Shown here in pieces: positions 54,855 to 64,000 of a stretch of 64,000 nt of DNA; position 1 is the stretch's first letter; each line of letters opens with the position of its first letter. A program made the position numbers and the translations under genes. Source of the DNA: Eledone cirrhosa (taxonomy: Eukaryota); contig OZ024745.1 in assembly GCA_964016885.1 (NCBI GenBank), positions 14,446,001 to 14,510,000 on the forward strand, written 5' to 3'. Under the pieces are notes generated by a model. It searched no databases. It saw nothing but the letters and a program-made list of their open reading frames with translations, and had not been told where the DNA came from.

Positions 54855-55220
54855 AGACACACAACAAGAAATTAATGACTTACATAATTGAACACACAGA
54901 CATTTCACAGCACGACTACATAATACCAGCACCAATCAAAACACCAACGAATATAAAACTGGTAAAAATAGCACAGAAATAATACAAAAACATTAAAACG
55001 AAATTCCCCAACGCAGTTGGTGATTTCAGAGACTTAGGAGGGACACTCAACCGGAGGGTATATTCGCATATACTCACAGAAGAGCCGACGACCAGCCGAA
55101 GGGGCGATTCAACGGTCCTTTCACCAGACGATCAAGTGAAAAGGGATGGTGAAACCATCCTTCCTCTGCGAGAAGAAGTAAGGTAAGTGGTCTTTCCCAT
55201 CTTTTCCACTCCATTTCAAC

Positions 55221-58200
55221 ATGACCTCACTCAGAATAGGCAGCATAAATGCGCGTGGCTTGGGGTCGTCATGGAAGCAGGGCCACCTACTCAACGACCT
55301 CAGGTCACTAAACATAGATGTAGTGGCCATCAGCGAGACCAGAATCTCCGAAGCACGGGCCTTCGCACCGATCTTCGGCGGCTACGATGTGTACGCATCT
55401 CCCAGCCGTCCTGGATCGGGGGTAGGAGTTGCTGAGCTTTTTCGGAGAGGTTTGGATCTCGCCATTCGTGCCATCTTCCTGGACCCAGAAGGTAAGTTGG
55501 TGGTGCTGGACGTGACCAGCGGAGAAAGGTAAGCTTTCAGGCTAGTAGCCGTCTATGCACCGACAGGAGCAGGGCGGCCTGATTTGTTCCAGCGTCTGGA
55601 GACCTTTCTAGGAACGTCCCGCTCTTTAGTGTTAGTGAGCGACTGGAACGGGATCTTAGATGCCCGCTGGGACTGTGTGGGATTATCGGATAAGGGCGGA
55701 GGGTGCAAGAGCCTCACCAACCTGCTCAGGCGTTTTGAACTGTCTGACAGGTACCGATTGGATTTCCCGAATGTGCCAATGTTGACTTGGACAAATCGCA
55801 TCGGGTCATCCAGATCATATCTAGATAGAGTATTTTGTAGGGAAATAGATAGATCTTGCATAAGCTGTCCACAATTCAAGATAGTCAGCTACACGGACCA
55901 CAAATTCGTGATCTGTGTGCTTGACTTAGATAGGCTTCATAGACGAGGACCCGGCTACTGGAAGCTAAACGCGTCCTTGCCAGCGCGCAAGGCCTACAGA
56001 GACCGGATTAGCGAACTAGTTAAGCGAGCGTTGACGGGGGCCATCGTCAACAAGTGGTGGTTTCCTCTGAAAAGAGCGATTAGAATAGAGTCCATTAGGT
56101 TTAGTAAGGCTTTAGCAATAGAGAAAAATAGAGCAGAGGGCGAACTAGTTAGAAAATTAGACGAGGCGCTTAGCAAAGGCATCGCGACCGACGTACTTGC
56201 GGCGAAATTGGCCCTTGACCAATTCTTCAATGCAAAGCACGAAGGCTGCGTTGTCAGAGCTAGGGTGCGTGCTCTCAGACACGAGGGGACGAAAGCTGTT
56301 CAATGGGCCCGAGTGGCGAAGGCGCGTCGTGGCAACAAAGCCACGATCCGCTCTTTGGTGGACCATGACGGGCGCATGCTACTCGATCCCGGGCAAATGT
56401 GTGAAGCTTTTCAGCGACACTTCGCTGAACTGTTCGGGGGCAGCGGCGGGCCGGATCGAGGGATGGACTTTAGTGTCTACCTCGACGGACTGCCGCGGCT
56501 CTCGGCCACTGACGCGGAGTGTTGCGAAAAGCCGATAACAGTCGCTGAAGTACGGGAGGCAATGACTGGCTGCACAAGGGTTAAATCGCCTGGTTTGTAT
56601 GGTCTGCCCTATGAACTTTACGTACAAATGCCAGACTTGTTCGGAGGCCTCTTGGCGGACGTCTACTGCAACTGGCAACAGAACGGGAGAATTCCCAGCT
56701 CTGTGAGCCGAGGAGCGGTGGAGCTGCTGAGAAAGGATCCGAACAAGGGGGATAACATAGATAATTTTAGGCCCCAAACCCTGCGCCATTCCCGACAGAT
56801 CCATCCACGACAACCTCCACCTCATGCGATACATCGTAGAAAGGGTAGCTAGGGAACCTGGCACGGGTGGGTCCTTGATCGATTTAGATCAGTCGAAAGC
56901 TTTCGATAGGGTCGACCATCGTTACCTAGCGGCAGTCCTGAGGGCGACTGGCTTTGGGCCCGTCTTCAGAGGCTGGATCGCTGCCATGCACAGCGACATC
57001 TGCTCTGTGGTGAGAGTGAACGGTCACCTTTCGGAACCGTTCAACATCATACGCTCGGTCCGCCAAGGATATCCCCTCTCGTCCCTCTTGTACGTATTGA
57101 CTCTCGAGCCATTACTGCACAAACTGGAGACGTTGAGGGGCGTCACGCGCGAACTAGGATGCGGAAGATCCGTGTCAGCATATGCGGACGATGTCACCGT
57201 AGTGGTGTCGAACGCCAAACACATCGAGGCGATCGGCACTACACTAAGAGAATACGAAGCGGTGACAGGAGCAATGATCAACCAGGAAAAGTCAGTGGGC
57301 CTGCAGCTCGGCACCTGGAGAGGCAGGTCCATGCCGTCCAACAGTGTCGTCGGGCACTGGACGGACGGACCTGTTAAATTGCTAGGGGTCTGGTTCGGTC
57401 CGGACCTCCAGACGGACAAAAACTGGGACGAGGTGACGAGCAGGGTGGCTTCTCTCACCCAGAAATGGGCGGAGAGGAAGCTATCCCTGAAAGGTCGAGC
57501 GGAGGTGGCTAACGCGTACATCGCGTCTGTCATCTACTACCGCCTGACCGTCGTACCTTGTCCTAAGCCCCGCCTGACTGCGCTGGAGCGTTTGCTCTTT
57601 CGCTTTTTGTGGAAGGGACGCGCTCCGATGGTCAGGCGGTCCATCTGCTGTCAACACCCGCCACGTGGAGGGCTAGGCATGCCGTGGGTGATGTGGCGGA
57701 GACGCGCTCAGGCTACGACATCTCCACCTCTTCCTCGACGGTGATCAGGTGTGGTAGCCGTTCGCTAGACACGTCTTTCCCCAGTTCGTTTCCTTGACGG
57801 AGTTGCAGACCTGGGTCAAGCGAAGACCAAGAGGGAGCGCTTGGAGACTGGAATGTCTTCAGGCGCTCACAGTCCTCGACCAATCGGGCAATGTGATCGG
57901 TGGAAACTCCAGCTCGGCGTTCTATAGAGGATTAGTGGAGGGGAAGAGCGACGACGTACTTGGGGAAACTCTAGGCGTCGAAGAAAATCAACTAGCCAAT
58001 CTCTTCGGAAGAACTTTCGGGCCAGGGCCTATGGACAACTTCCAGAAATCTCTGGCCTGGCAGTGCTACCGAGGACCCTTGCCAGTTCGGGATAAACTCT
58101 ACAGGCATGGAGGTGCCGTCAGCCGGGCATGTCCGAGATGCGCGCAGGGCGACGAAACCGTCCGGCACGCACTCGTCCAGTGTCCGAAAATTGCTGACTT

Positions 58201-58546
58201 GTGGGTTTATGTCGAACACCTGCTGTAGCGTTTAGGACGGATCCGGCTATCATCTCAGTCCATCGTGAGGATTGCCCTGCCCTCCTCCTTTAGCCGGGAA
58301 GGGCAGGCAGTTTTTATCTGTCTGTTGGCCATGGCGAAAGAGATAGTATGGTGGACACGTTTGAAAGGGCTGAAGACGAGCACTTACCTCTTCGGTGATG
58401 CTCTGATTGACTTTTTCAAATTTCATTTGAAAAGGAAAATCAGAGTAGAGAGGGAAGTGCTCTCTTCCCAGCATTTTGTTGAAAGATGGGTGAGAGAAGC
58501 AAGAATGGCCCGAGTGAATGGGCCTACTCTGAGTATATATCTGTAA
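55221..58546 (+). pseudogene. Disrupted ORF2: APE endonuclease, reverse transcriptase and C-terminal CCHC-type motif
   Basis: IGSINARGL...DVVAISETR, DWN, SYLDRVF and YTDHK (APE); KSPGLYGLPYE, IDLDQSKAFDRVDH, SVRQGYPLS and AYADDV (RT); CPRCAQGDETVRHALVQC. Stop at 55530-55532, ~90-bp deletion with frameshift near 56775, and further stops and frameshifts near 57700-57760 and 58226. Confidence 0.93.
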
Positions 58547-58847
58547 ATTAAAGGTGGAAAACTGGGAGAGGGCACTTGCCTTGGTGGGTCATTGTGGCCT
58601 TTTACTGGGCTTTCTCCACAAATGTCCCTCCGAAGTCTCCCCCCTATTGGGGAATTTTTCATTGTTATTTTTTGTTACATCCTCTGTTTTTGTTTTTTAC
58701 ACGCAGAAATGCCCATTTGTACCGTCCTGTATTGTCCTGCACTGTCCTTAATGTCTACTTTATGTAAACCCTTGTGGTTAATAAAGAAATCATTATTACC
58801 ACCATTAGTATTCTTACCACCATTAGTATTATTATCACTATTAGTAT

Positions 58848-61121
58848 TGTGGATGGTCTGCCCTACGAGCTTTATGCGTATATGCCAGACTTGTTCGGCG
58901 ACCTCTTGGCAGATGTCTACTGCAACTGGCAGTTTTGTGAGCCGGGGAGCGGTGGAGCTGCTGAGAAAAGGCCCGAACAAGGGGTTGTTATAGACAACTC
59001 CAGGCCCATAACTCTGCTAAACGCAGAGTTCAAGATTTTGGCCAAGGTGTTAGCAAAGAGATTGGCGCTTGTCGTCGGTGATCTGGTAGGAGAGGTGCAG
59101 TTATGCGCCATCCCGGACAGATCCATCCACAACAACCTCTATCTCATGCGATAGATCATAGAGAGGGTGGTTAAGAAACCTGGCACGGGTGGGCCCTGAT
59201 CAACTTGGATCAATCTAAAGCGTTTGATAGGGTCGACCATCGCTACCTGGCTGCGGTCCTCGAGGCGGCGGGCTTCGGGCCCGTTTTTAGGGACTGGATC
59301 GCTGCGATGCACAGCGACATCTGCTCGATTGTGAGGTGAATGGACACCTGTCGCAGCCTTTCAGCATCATGCGCTCGGTCCACCAACGTTGCCCCCTCTC
59401 GTCCTTCTTGTACGTACTGGCCCTAGAGCCGTTACTGCACAAATTGGAGACGGTGAGGGTGGTCATACGGGAACTGGGATGCGGGAGATCCGTGTCAGCT
59501 TACGCCGACGACGTCACCGTGGTGGTGTCGAGCACCAAACACATCCGGATGCTCGGAACCGCTCTCAAGGAATACGAAGCGGTGACAGGAGCAAAGATCA
59601 ACCAGGAAAAGTCGGTGGGCTTGCAACTCGGCACCTGAAGAGGCAAGTCCATGCCGTCCGACAGCGTCGTGGGGCGCTGGACGGAAGGACCGGTTAAATT
59701 GCTCGAGGTCAGGTTCGGACCTACAGATGGAAAAAAAACTGGAGCGAGGTGACGAGCAGGGTCGCCTCTCTCACCCAGAAATGGGCCGAGAGAAGGCTGT
59801 CTCTGAAAGGTCGGGCGGAGGTGGCGAATGTGTACGTAGCGTCCGTCATCTGCTACCGCCTGACCGTCGTACCTTTCCCCCGCCCAACTCTGACCAAAAT
59901 GGAGTGCCTTCTCTGCCGCTTTTTGTGGAAGGGACGTGCTGCCCTGCTCAGACGATCCATTTGCTGTCAACACCCGTTGCGTGGAGGACTAGGCATGCCG
60001 TGGCTGATGATGCGCACACATGCGCTGAGGCTGCGACATCTCTGGTGCTTCCTTGACGGTGGACAGGTGTGGTCGCCGTTTGCCAGACGCGCTTTTCCCA
60101 AGCTCATTTCCTTGACGGAGCTGCAGTCCTGGATCAGGAAAAGACCGAGGGATAACGCTTGGAAGCTGGAATGTCTCCAAACGCTCACCGCCGTCTACCA
60201 GCTGGGCACTAGTATCGGTAGAACATACACCTAGGCGTTCTATAGAGGGCTAGTGGAGGGAAATAGCGACGACGTTCTCGGGGAGACCCTGGGCGTCGAA
60301 GACGATCAGCTTTTCGCTTTCTTCAAGAGAACTTTCAGACCGAGGCCTATGGACAATTTCCAGAAATCCCTGGCCTGGCAGTGCTACCGGGGAGCGTTGC
60401 CGGTTCAGGATAAGCTCTACAGGCACGGAGGTGCTGTCAGCCGAGCCTGTCCGAGATGCGCGCAGGGCGACGAAACCGTCCTGCATGCACTCGTTCAGTT
60501 CCCGAGGATTGGAGCTATGTCGAACAGCTGCTGTTGAGTGTAGGACGGATCCGGTTATTGACTGAGTCCATTGTGCAGATAGCCTCGCCATCCTCCTTTA
60601 AAGAGGAGGAAGGGCAGGCAGTTTTCATCTGCCTGGTGGCCATGGCGAAAGAGATTGTGTGGTGGAAAAGGTTGAAAGGGTTAAAGACGGACACTTTCCT
60701 CTTCGGCCAATCACTGATTAACTTTTTCACGTTTCACTTGAAGAGGAAAATCAGGGTGGAGAGGCAAGTGCTGCCTTCTAGTAAGTTTGTTGAAAGGTGG
60801 GTGAATGTAGAGAGAATGGTCCGAGTGAACGGGCCCGCTCTGAGTATGTGCCTGTAGACTGAGGAGTGGGAAAACTGAGAAAGGGCGCTTGTCCTGGTGG
60901 TCAGGGTGACCGTGGTCTTTTGTGTGGTTTTCACCACGAGTGACCCTTGGAGGTTTCCCCCTTCTTGGGGAATTTTTGTTGTTTGAATTTTTTTGGATTT
61001 CTAGCCCGATATTGTTATAACCTGTTTACACGACCATAACCCACTTTGTATCGGTCTGTACTGTTCTGTGCTGTCTCTAATGTTTTTCTTCGTGTCAGCC
61101 CTTGTGGCCAATAAAGAAACC
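58848..61121 (+). mobile_element. L1/Tx1-clade retrotransposon copy 2, 5'-truncated near the start of RT, decayed, with a perfect 20-bp TSD
   Basis: DGLPYELY...RPITLLNAEFKILAKVLAKRL...AYADDV...CPRCAQGDETVLHAL; ORF2 stop at 60857. TSD ATTATTATCACTATTAGTAT at 58828-58847 and 61122-61141. Clearly diverged from copy 1. Confidence 0.92.
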
Positions 61122-61176
61122 ATTATTATCACTATTAGTATCATTACCACTATCATTATTATCAGTATTATTACCA

Positions 61177-61365
61177 AGGCGGTGGATTGGCAGTATTGGT
61201 AGAGAGTCGGACGCCATGCTTTGACGCATAGAGTTACGGCCCTTGCCATTCTGAGTTCAAATCCCGCCGAGGTTAACTTTGCCTTTCATCCTTACGGGGT
61301 CGATAAAATAAAGTACCAGTAATACACTGGGTAATTGCTGGCCTTGTGCCTAACGTAGAAACAAT
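61177..61365 (+). mobile_element. tRNA-derived SINE inserted in degenerate satellite
   Basis: A-box TGGCAGTATTGG; B-box GTTCAAATCC; tail GGCCTTGTGCCTAACGTAGAAACA; TSD TATTATTACCA at 61166-61176 and 61366-61376. Confidence 0.9.
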
Positions 61366-61679
61366 TATTATTACCAGTATCAGTAATATTAGTATAATTA
61401 TCCCTGTCGATGCCAGAAACAACACCGACATCTTCAGCATCAACAGTTTAATCACTAACAGAAGATTAACAACAAAATAACTATGTTTATCAATTAACAA
61501 TGAAATTATTTAGAGACTTTTGAAAGGTAGAAGATGCATACTAACGGATAGCCGTTCCGGACGTTTCCTTTCTTTTTCCTTTTCCTTACAAATATTTTAG
61601 GCGGAGTAAATACTGTCCATACGGCATTTATCAGACGAATGGGAGGAAAACATGATTTTGTACGGAATATTGTAGAGCA

Positions 61680-61898
61680 AGAGGCGGTGGATTGGCAGTA
61701 TCGGTAAAGGGTCGGACACCATGCTTTGCAACATAGAGTTACGGCCCTTTATGATCTGAATTCAAATCCCGCCCATGTTAACTTTGTCTTTCATCCTTAT
61801 GGGGTCGATAAAATAAAGTACCAGTCACACACTGGGGTCGATTTAATCGACTTTCCCCTCTCTCAAAAATTACTGGCCTTGTGCCTATATAAGAAACC
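61680..61898 (+). mobile_element. tRNA-derived SINE (longer variant)
   Basis: A- and B-box-like motifs; tail GGCCTTGTGCCTATATAAGAAACC; TSD AATATTGTAGAGCA at 61666-61679 and 61899-61912. Confidence 0.9.
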
Positions 61899-61924
61899 AA
61901 TATTGTAGAGCAGGACGTTGCCAC

Positions 61925-62180
61925 TAATCTATTATCTGGTTAGGTGTTTCTTCTTTGTCGCCCACTGAGACGGTTGTGGTGGCAGAGTCCTCAAACACTC
62001 TTTCCAGCAGGTCCTGTCTGACACAAACGTCTCCAATTAATCTGGCTGGACCCCCAAGCGAGACCAGCAGAGCTCATGCATGTTATTCAACCATCATGCT
62101 CGGCTTCTACCACCGGGCCTCCTGTTGGTTGGTTTTACTCGTAAAATCTGTCCAGCGATTCTTTCCTGAGACATCCTAAC
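61925..62180 (-). pseudogene. 3'-terminal fragment of an RTE-clade (Expander/Rex3-like) LINE
   Basis: Minus-strand translation MSQERIAGQILRVKPTNRRPGGRSRA*WLNNMHELCWSRLGVQPD*LETFVSDRTCWKECLRTLPPQP resembles the recalled RTE C-terminus (R..GRPR.RW.d....l.w.rlg....el...a.dr..W...l..lpprp). Confidence 0.7.
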
Positions 62181-62651
62181 CACATGCCATATCGAAACAT
62201 CTAAATTTGACTTAGAAGTTCTGTATCATCTTAAATCATAACTTTCAATGCTGCAATGAAATTTATCGAGTTGAAATATTTCATTTATCATTCATTCACC
62301 ATAAAGATTATATTTATCAGCATCTTTATTATAACTATTTTGTTCCGAGTGGGAGTTTATATGAAAACTACGATTCATTTCTATCATACATGTTTTTCTA
62401 ATTTTCTTCTAATAAATATTTCTCCATCTATCACGGCGAAATCTCGCGATACCATAAAAAATCATACGCTACCTAAGGTAGCGTATGATTTTTTGTTACG
62501 CTTGTACGATGCATCAAAGTGGAATGTAATATATATTAGAACTAATAATGCCTTGAGAACTGTGAAAAAATAGTTCAATTGGGAATTGAAAGAGGATGAG
62601 AAATAGAAAAGAGGTAAGCTAGAATCCCCTAAAAGATTAGAAAACTCTTAT

Positions 62652-62700
62652 TTTTTTACTGGTTTCAGTTATTTGACTGTGGCCATACTAGGGCACCACC
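62652..62700 (-). mobile_element. 3' tail fragment of the second SINE family
   Basis: TTTTACTGGTTTCAGTTATTTGACTGTGGCCATACTAGGGCACCACC is the approximate reverse complement of the 26925-26970 tail. Confidence 0.6.
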
Positions 62701-62894
62701 TATATATTATAAAAAAAAAATTATAACATATTCTGAATTTTCTTTTTCGTGAGGAGATAATAGTTTCTACCATAAGTATATCTTTCTCTTTTAATATATA
62801 TATATATATATATATATACGTTTAAATTGGGATAAGTGTGATAAAAAATATTCATTTACTTTCAATAAATTCCCGTATGTACGTATATATATAT

Positions 62895-63240
62895 ATTTTG
62901 GACACCATGCAGGACAAAAAACAAAACCTGACAAAGGGCGAAAGAACTCATAAGAGTCAATGGCCATCCAAAAGTGTGTAAATATGTATATACACATGTA
63001 CCGCGCGGTTAAACCACTGGGAGTGAAGGACCTCTAGCCTTCGTCAGGGCATTCTTCTAGGAGAAGGCAACTCCGGAAACTGGGATAACTCCGATATAAA
63101 ACCTGTGGCTCAGTAGTTACCGATAATGTTGATCTTTTCTTCTTTTCGGGTTATACCTACTGTCGCCCAGAGAGTGGGATTGGCTCAGTGCACAGTCTTT
63201 CCTCACTTTAAAAAATATCTTCACGCACAGGCATTGCACG
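62895..63240 (+). mobile_element. Dispersed repeat followed by an RTE 5'-UTR-like fragment
   Basis: 62895-62984 matches 17603-17690. The motif CTAGGAGAAGGCAACTC...TAAAACC and the GAGTGGGA...GTGCAC...CACAGG motif (shared with ~17070-17125 minus strand) follow. Confidence 0.5.
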
Positions 63241-64000
63241 ATAGAATTAATTAATAATTATTAATAATGGTATATCGTGCAATGGCCATACTCGATAACG
63301 AGGGGGCAGCCATCATCATCATCATATATATATATTCACACATATACAAATACACACACACACACATATACATATATATATACACACATACATATATATA
63401 TATATATATATCGAAAATATTAAGCAAATTTGTGAATATTACTAATGGACTTTTTGATTGACATATGCGATACATTGTAAAATATAAAACATACAATATT
63501 TGACTGGTGCTACATATTAACCCAGCAAAACAGTCGATACATCAATCCTATAATTCAGACCGTCTGAACACACCGATTCCAAGCTAAATATTTTCTAGCT
63601 TCTTTCTCTCCTGGAACCGCATGCTACTCTCTAAATGTAACATGTTATTCCAGGAAATATTGACCCATTAATGTTTAAGCTGAGTAATGGATTATGCTTG
63701 GAGGGTGAGCTACAAGAGATATGAGATTACCAAATCCAAGGTTGCCAGTTCTCCGCTGTAGAATGTTTTTTAGGAGGAGGCAGTACTATAGATTGAAAGT
63801 GAAGTGTCTAAGCTTTATATCGATTATATCTGTGTACGAAAAGCTACAGAGTATTGCAAAAATAATATTATATGCATAAGTGGCAGCATTGTTAGGGATA
63901 AAAGCAAGAAATACAGAAGGAAAGATGTGAGGAAGATCACACAGTTTAGGGTGCACCAAAGTTGATAGAGTTTATGCTAAAGAGTTCTCGTCAACGCTCG

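Larger units (their letters stand above)
54523..58791 (+). mobile_element. L1/Tx1-clade non-LTR retrotransposon copy 1, 5'-truncated within the putative ORF1, decayed
   Basis: Basic, Pro/Thr-rich ORF1-like remnant, then ORF2 (APE endonuclease, RT, Cys motif), then a 3' UTR with AATAAA. Flanks ATTATTATCACTATTAGTA (54504-54522) and ATTATTACCACCATTAGTA (58792-58810). Confidence 0.92.

Noticed and set aside
34097-54862. Three ~6,900-aa ORFs as real giant proteins
   Set aside because: They overlap on both strands of a triplet-structured satellite whose consensus codons cannot reach a stop in one step. There is no signal peptide, domain or splice evidence. Kept only as a low-interest finding.
54523-61121. 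Active LINE, or a telomeric HeT-A/TART-like retrotransposon array
   Set aside because: Both copies carry stops, frameshifts and deletions. Ordinary sequence continues on both sides, TSDs are present and there are no TTAGGG repeats.
61177-61270. tRNA gene (A- and B-box present)
   Set aside because: It continues into a repeated SINE body and tail with a TSD and forms no intact cloverleaf, so it is a SINE head.

Overview
AT-rich, repeat-dominated eukaryotic DNA. The SINE families and dense (TA)n tracts suggest a cephalopod such as Octopus, which is an inference from recall. I found no host protein-coding gene that I can support; almost all ORF-track entries are translations of micro- or minisatellites. 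Main content: (i) an ~11.8-kb array of a 49/53-bp minisatellite (3928-15734); (ii) an ~20.4-kb array of an 18-bp satellite (34149-54522) that leaves three reading frames open; (iii) two diverged, 5'-truncated, decayed L1/Tx1-clade non-LTR retrotransposons (54523-58791, 58848-61121), both inserted at the same phase of that satellite with ~19-20-bp TSDs; (iv) tRNA-type SINEs that share the 3'-terminal ~25 nt and the ATT-rich target preference of those LINEs; (v) a 483-bp non-coding unit present as three tandem copies plus one inverted copy inside a (TA)n tract (31992-33923), each carrying a complete Type I hammerhead ribozyme with a palindromic stem III (retrozyme or Penelope pLTR-like); (vi) a second, unrelated hammerhead family (2224-2266, 30520-30562) and further decayed motifs, several in the same head-to-head fold-back layout; (vii) decayed RTE, CRE-like and Helitron-like fragments. 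The best candidates for new biology are the hammerhead retrozyme system in (TA)n tracts and the Tx1-LINE/SINE/satellite partnership.
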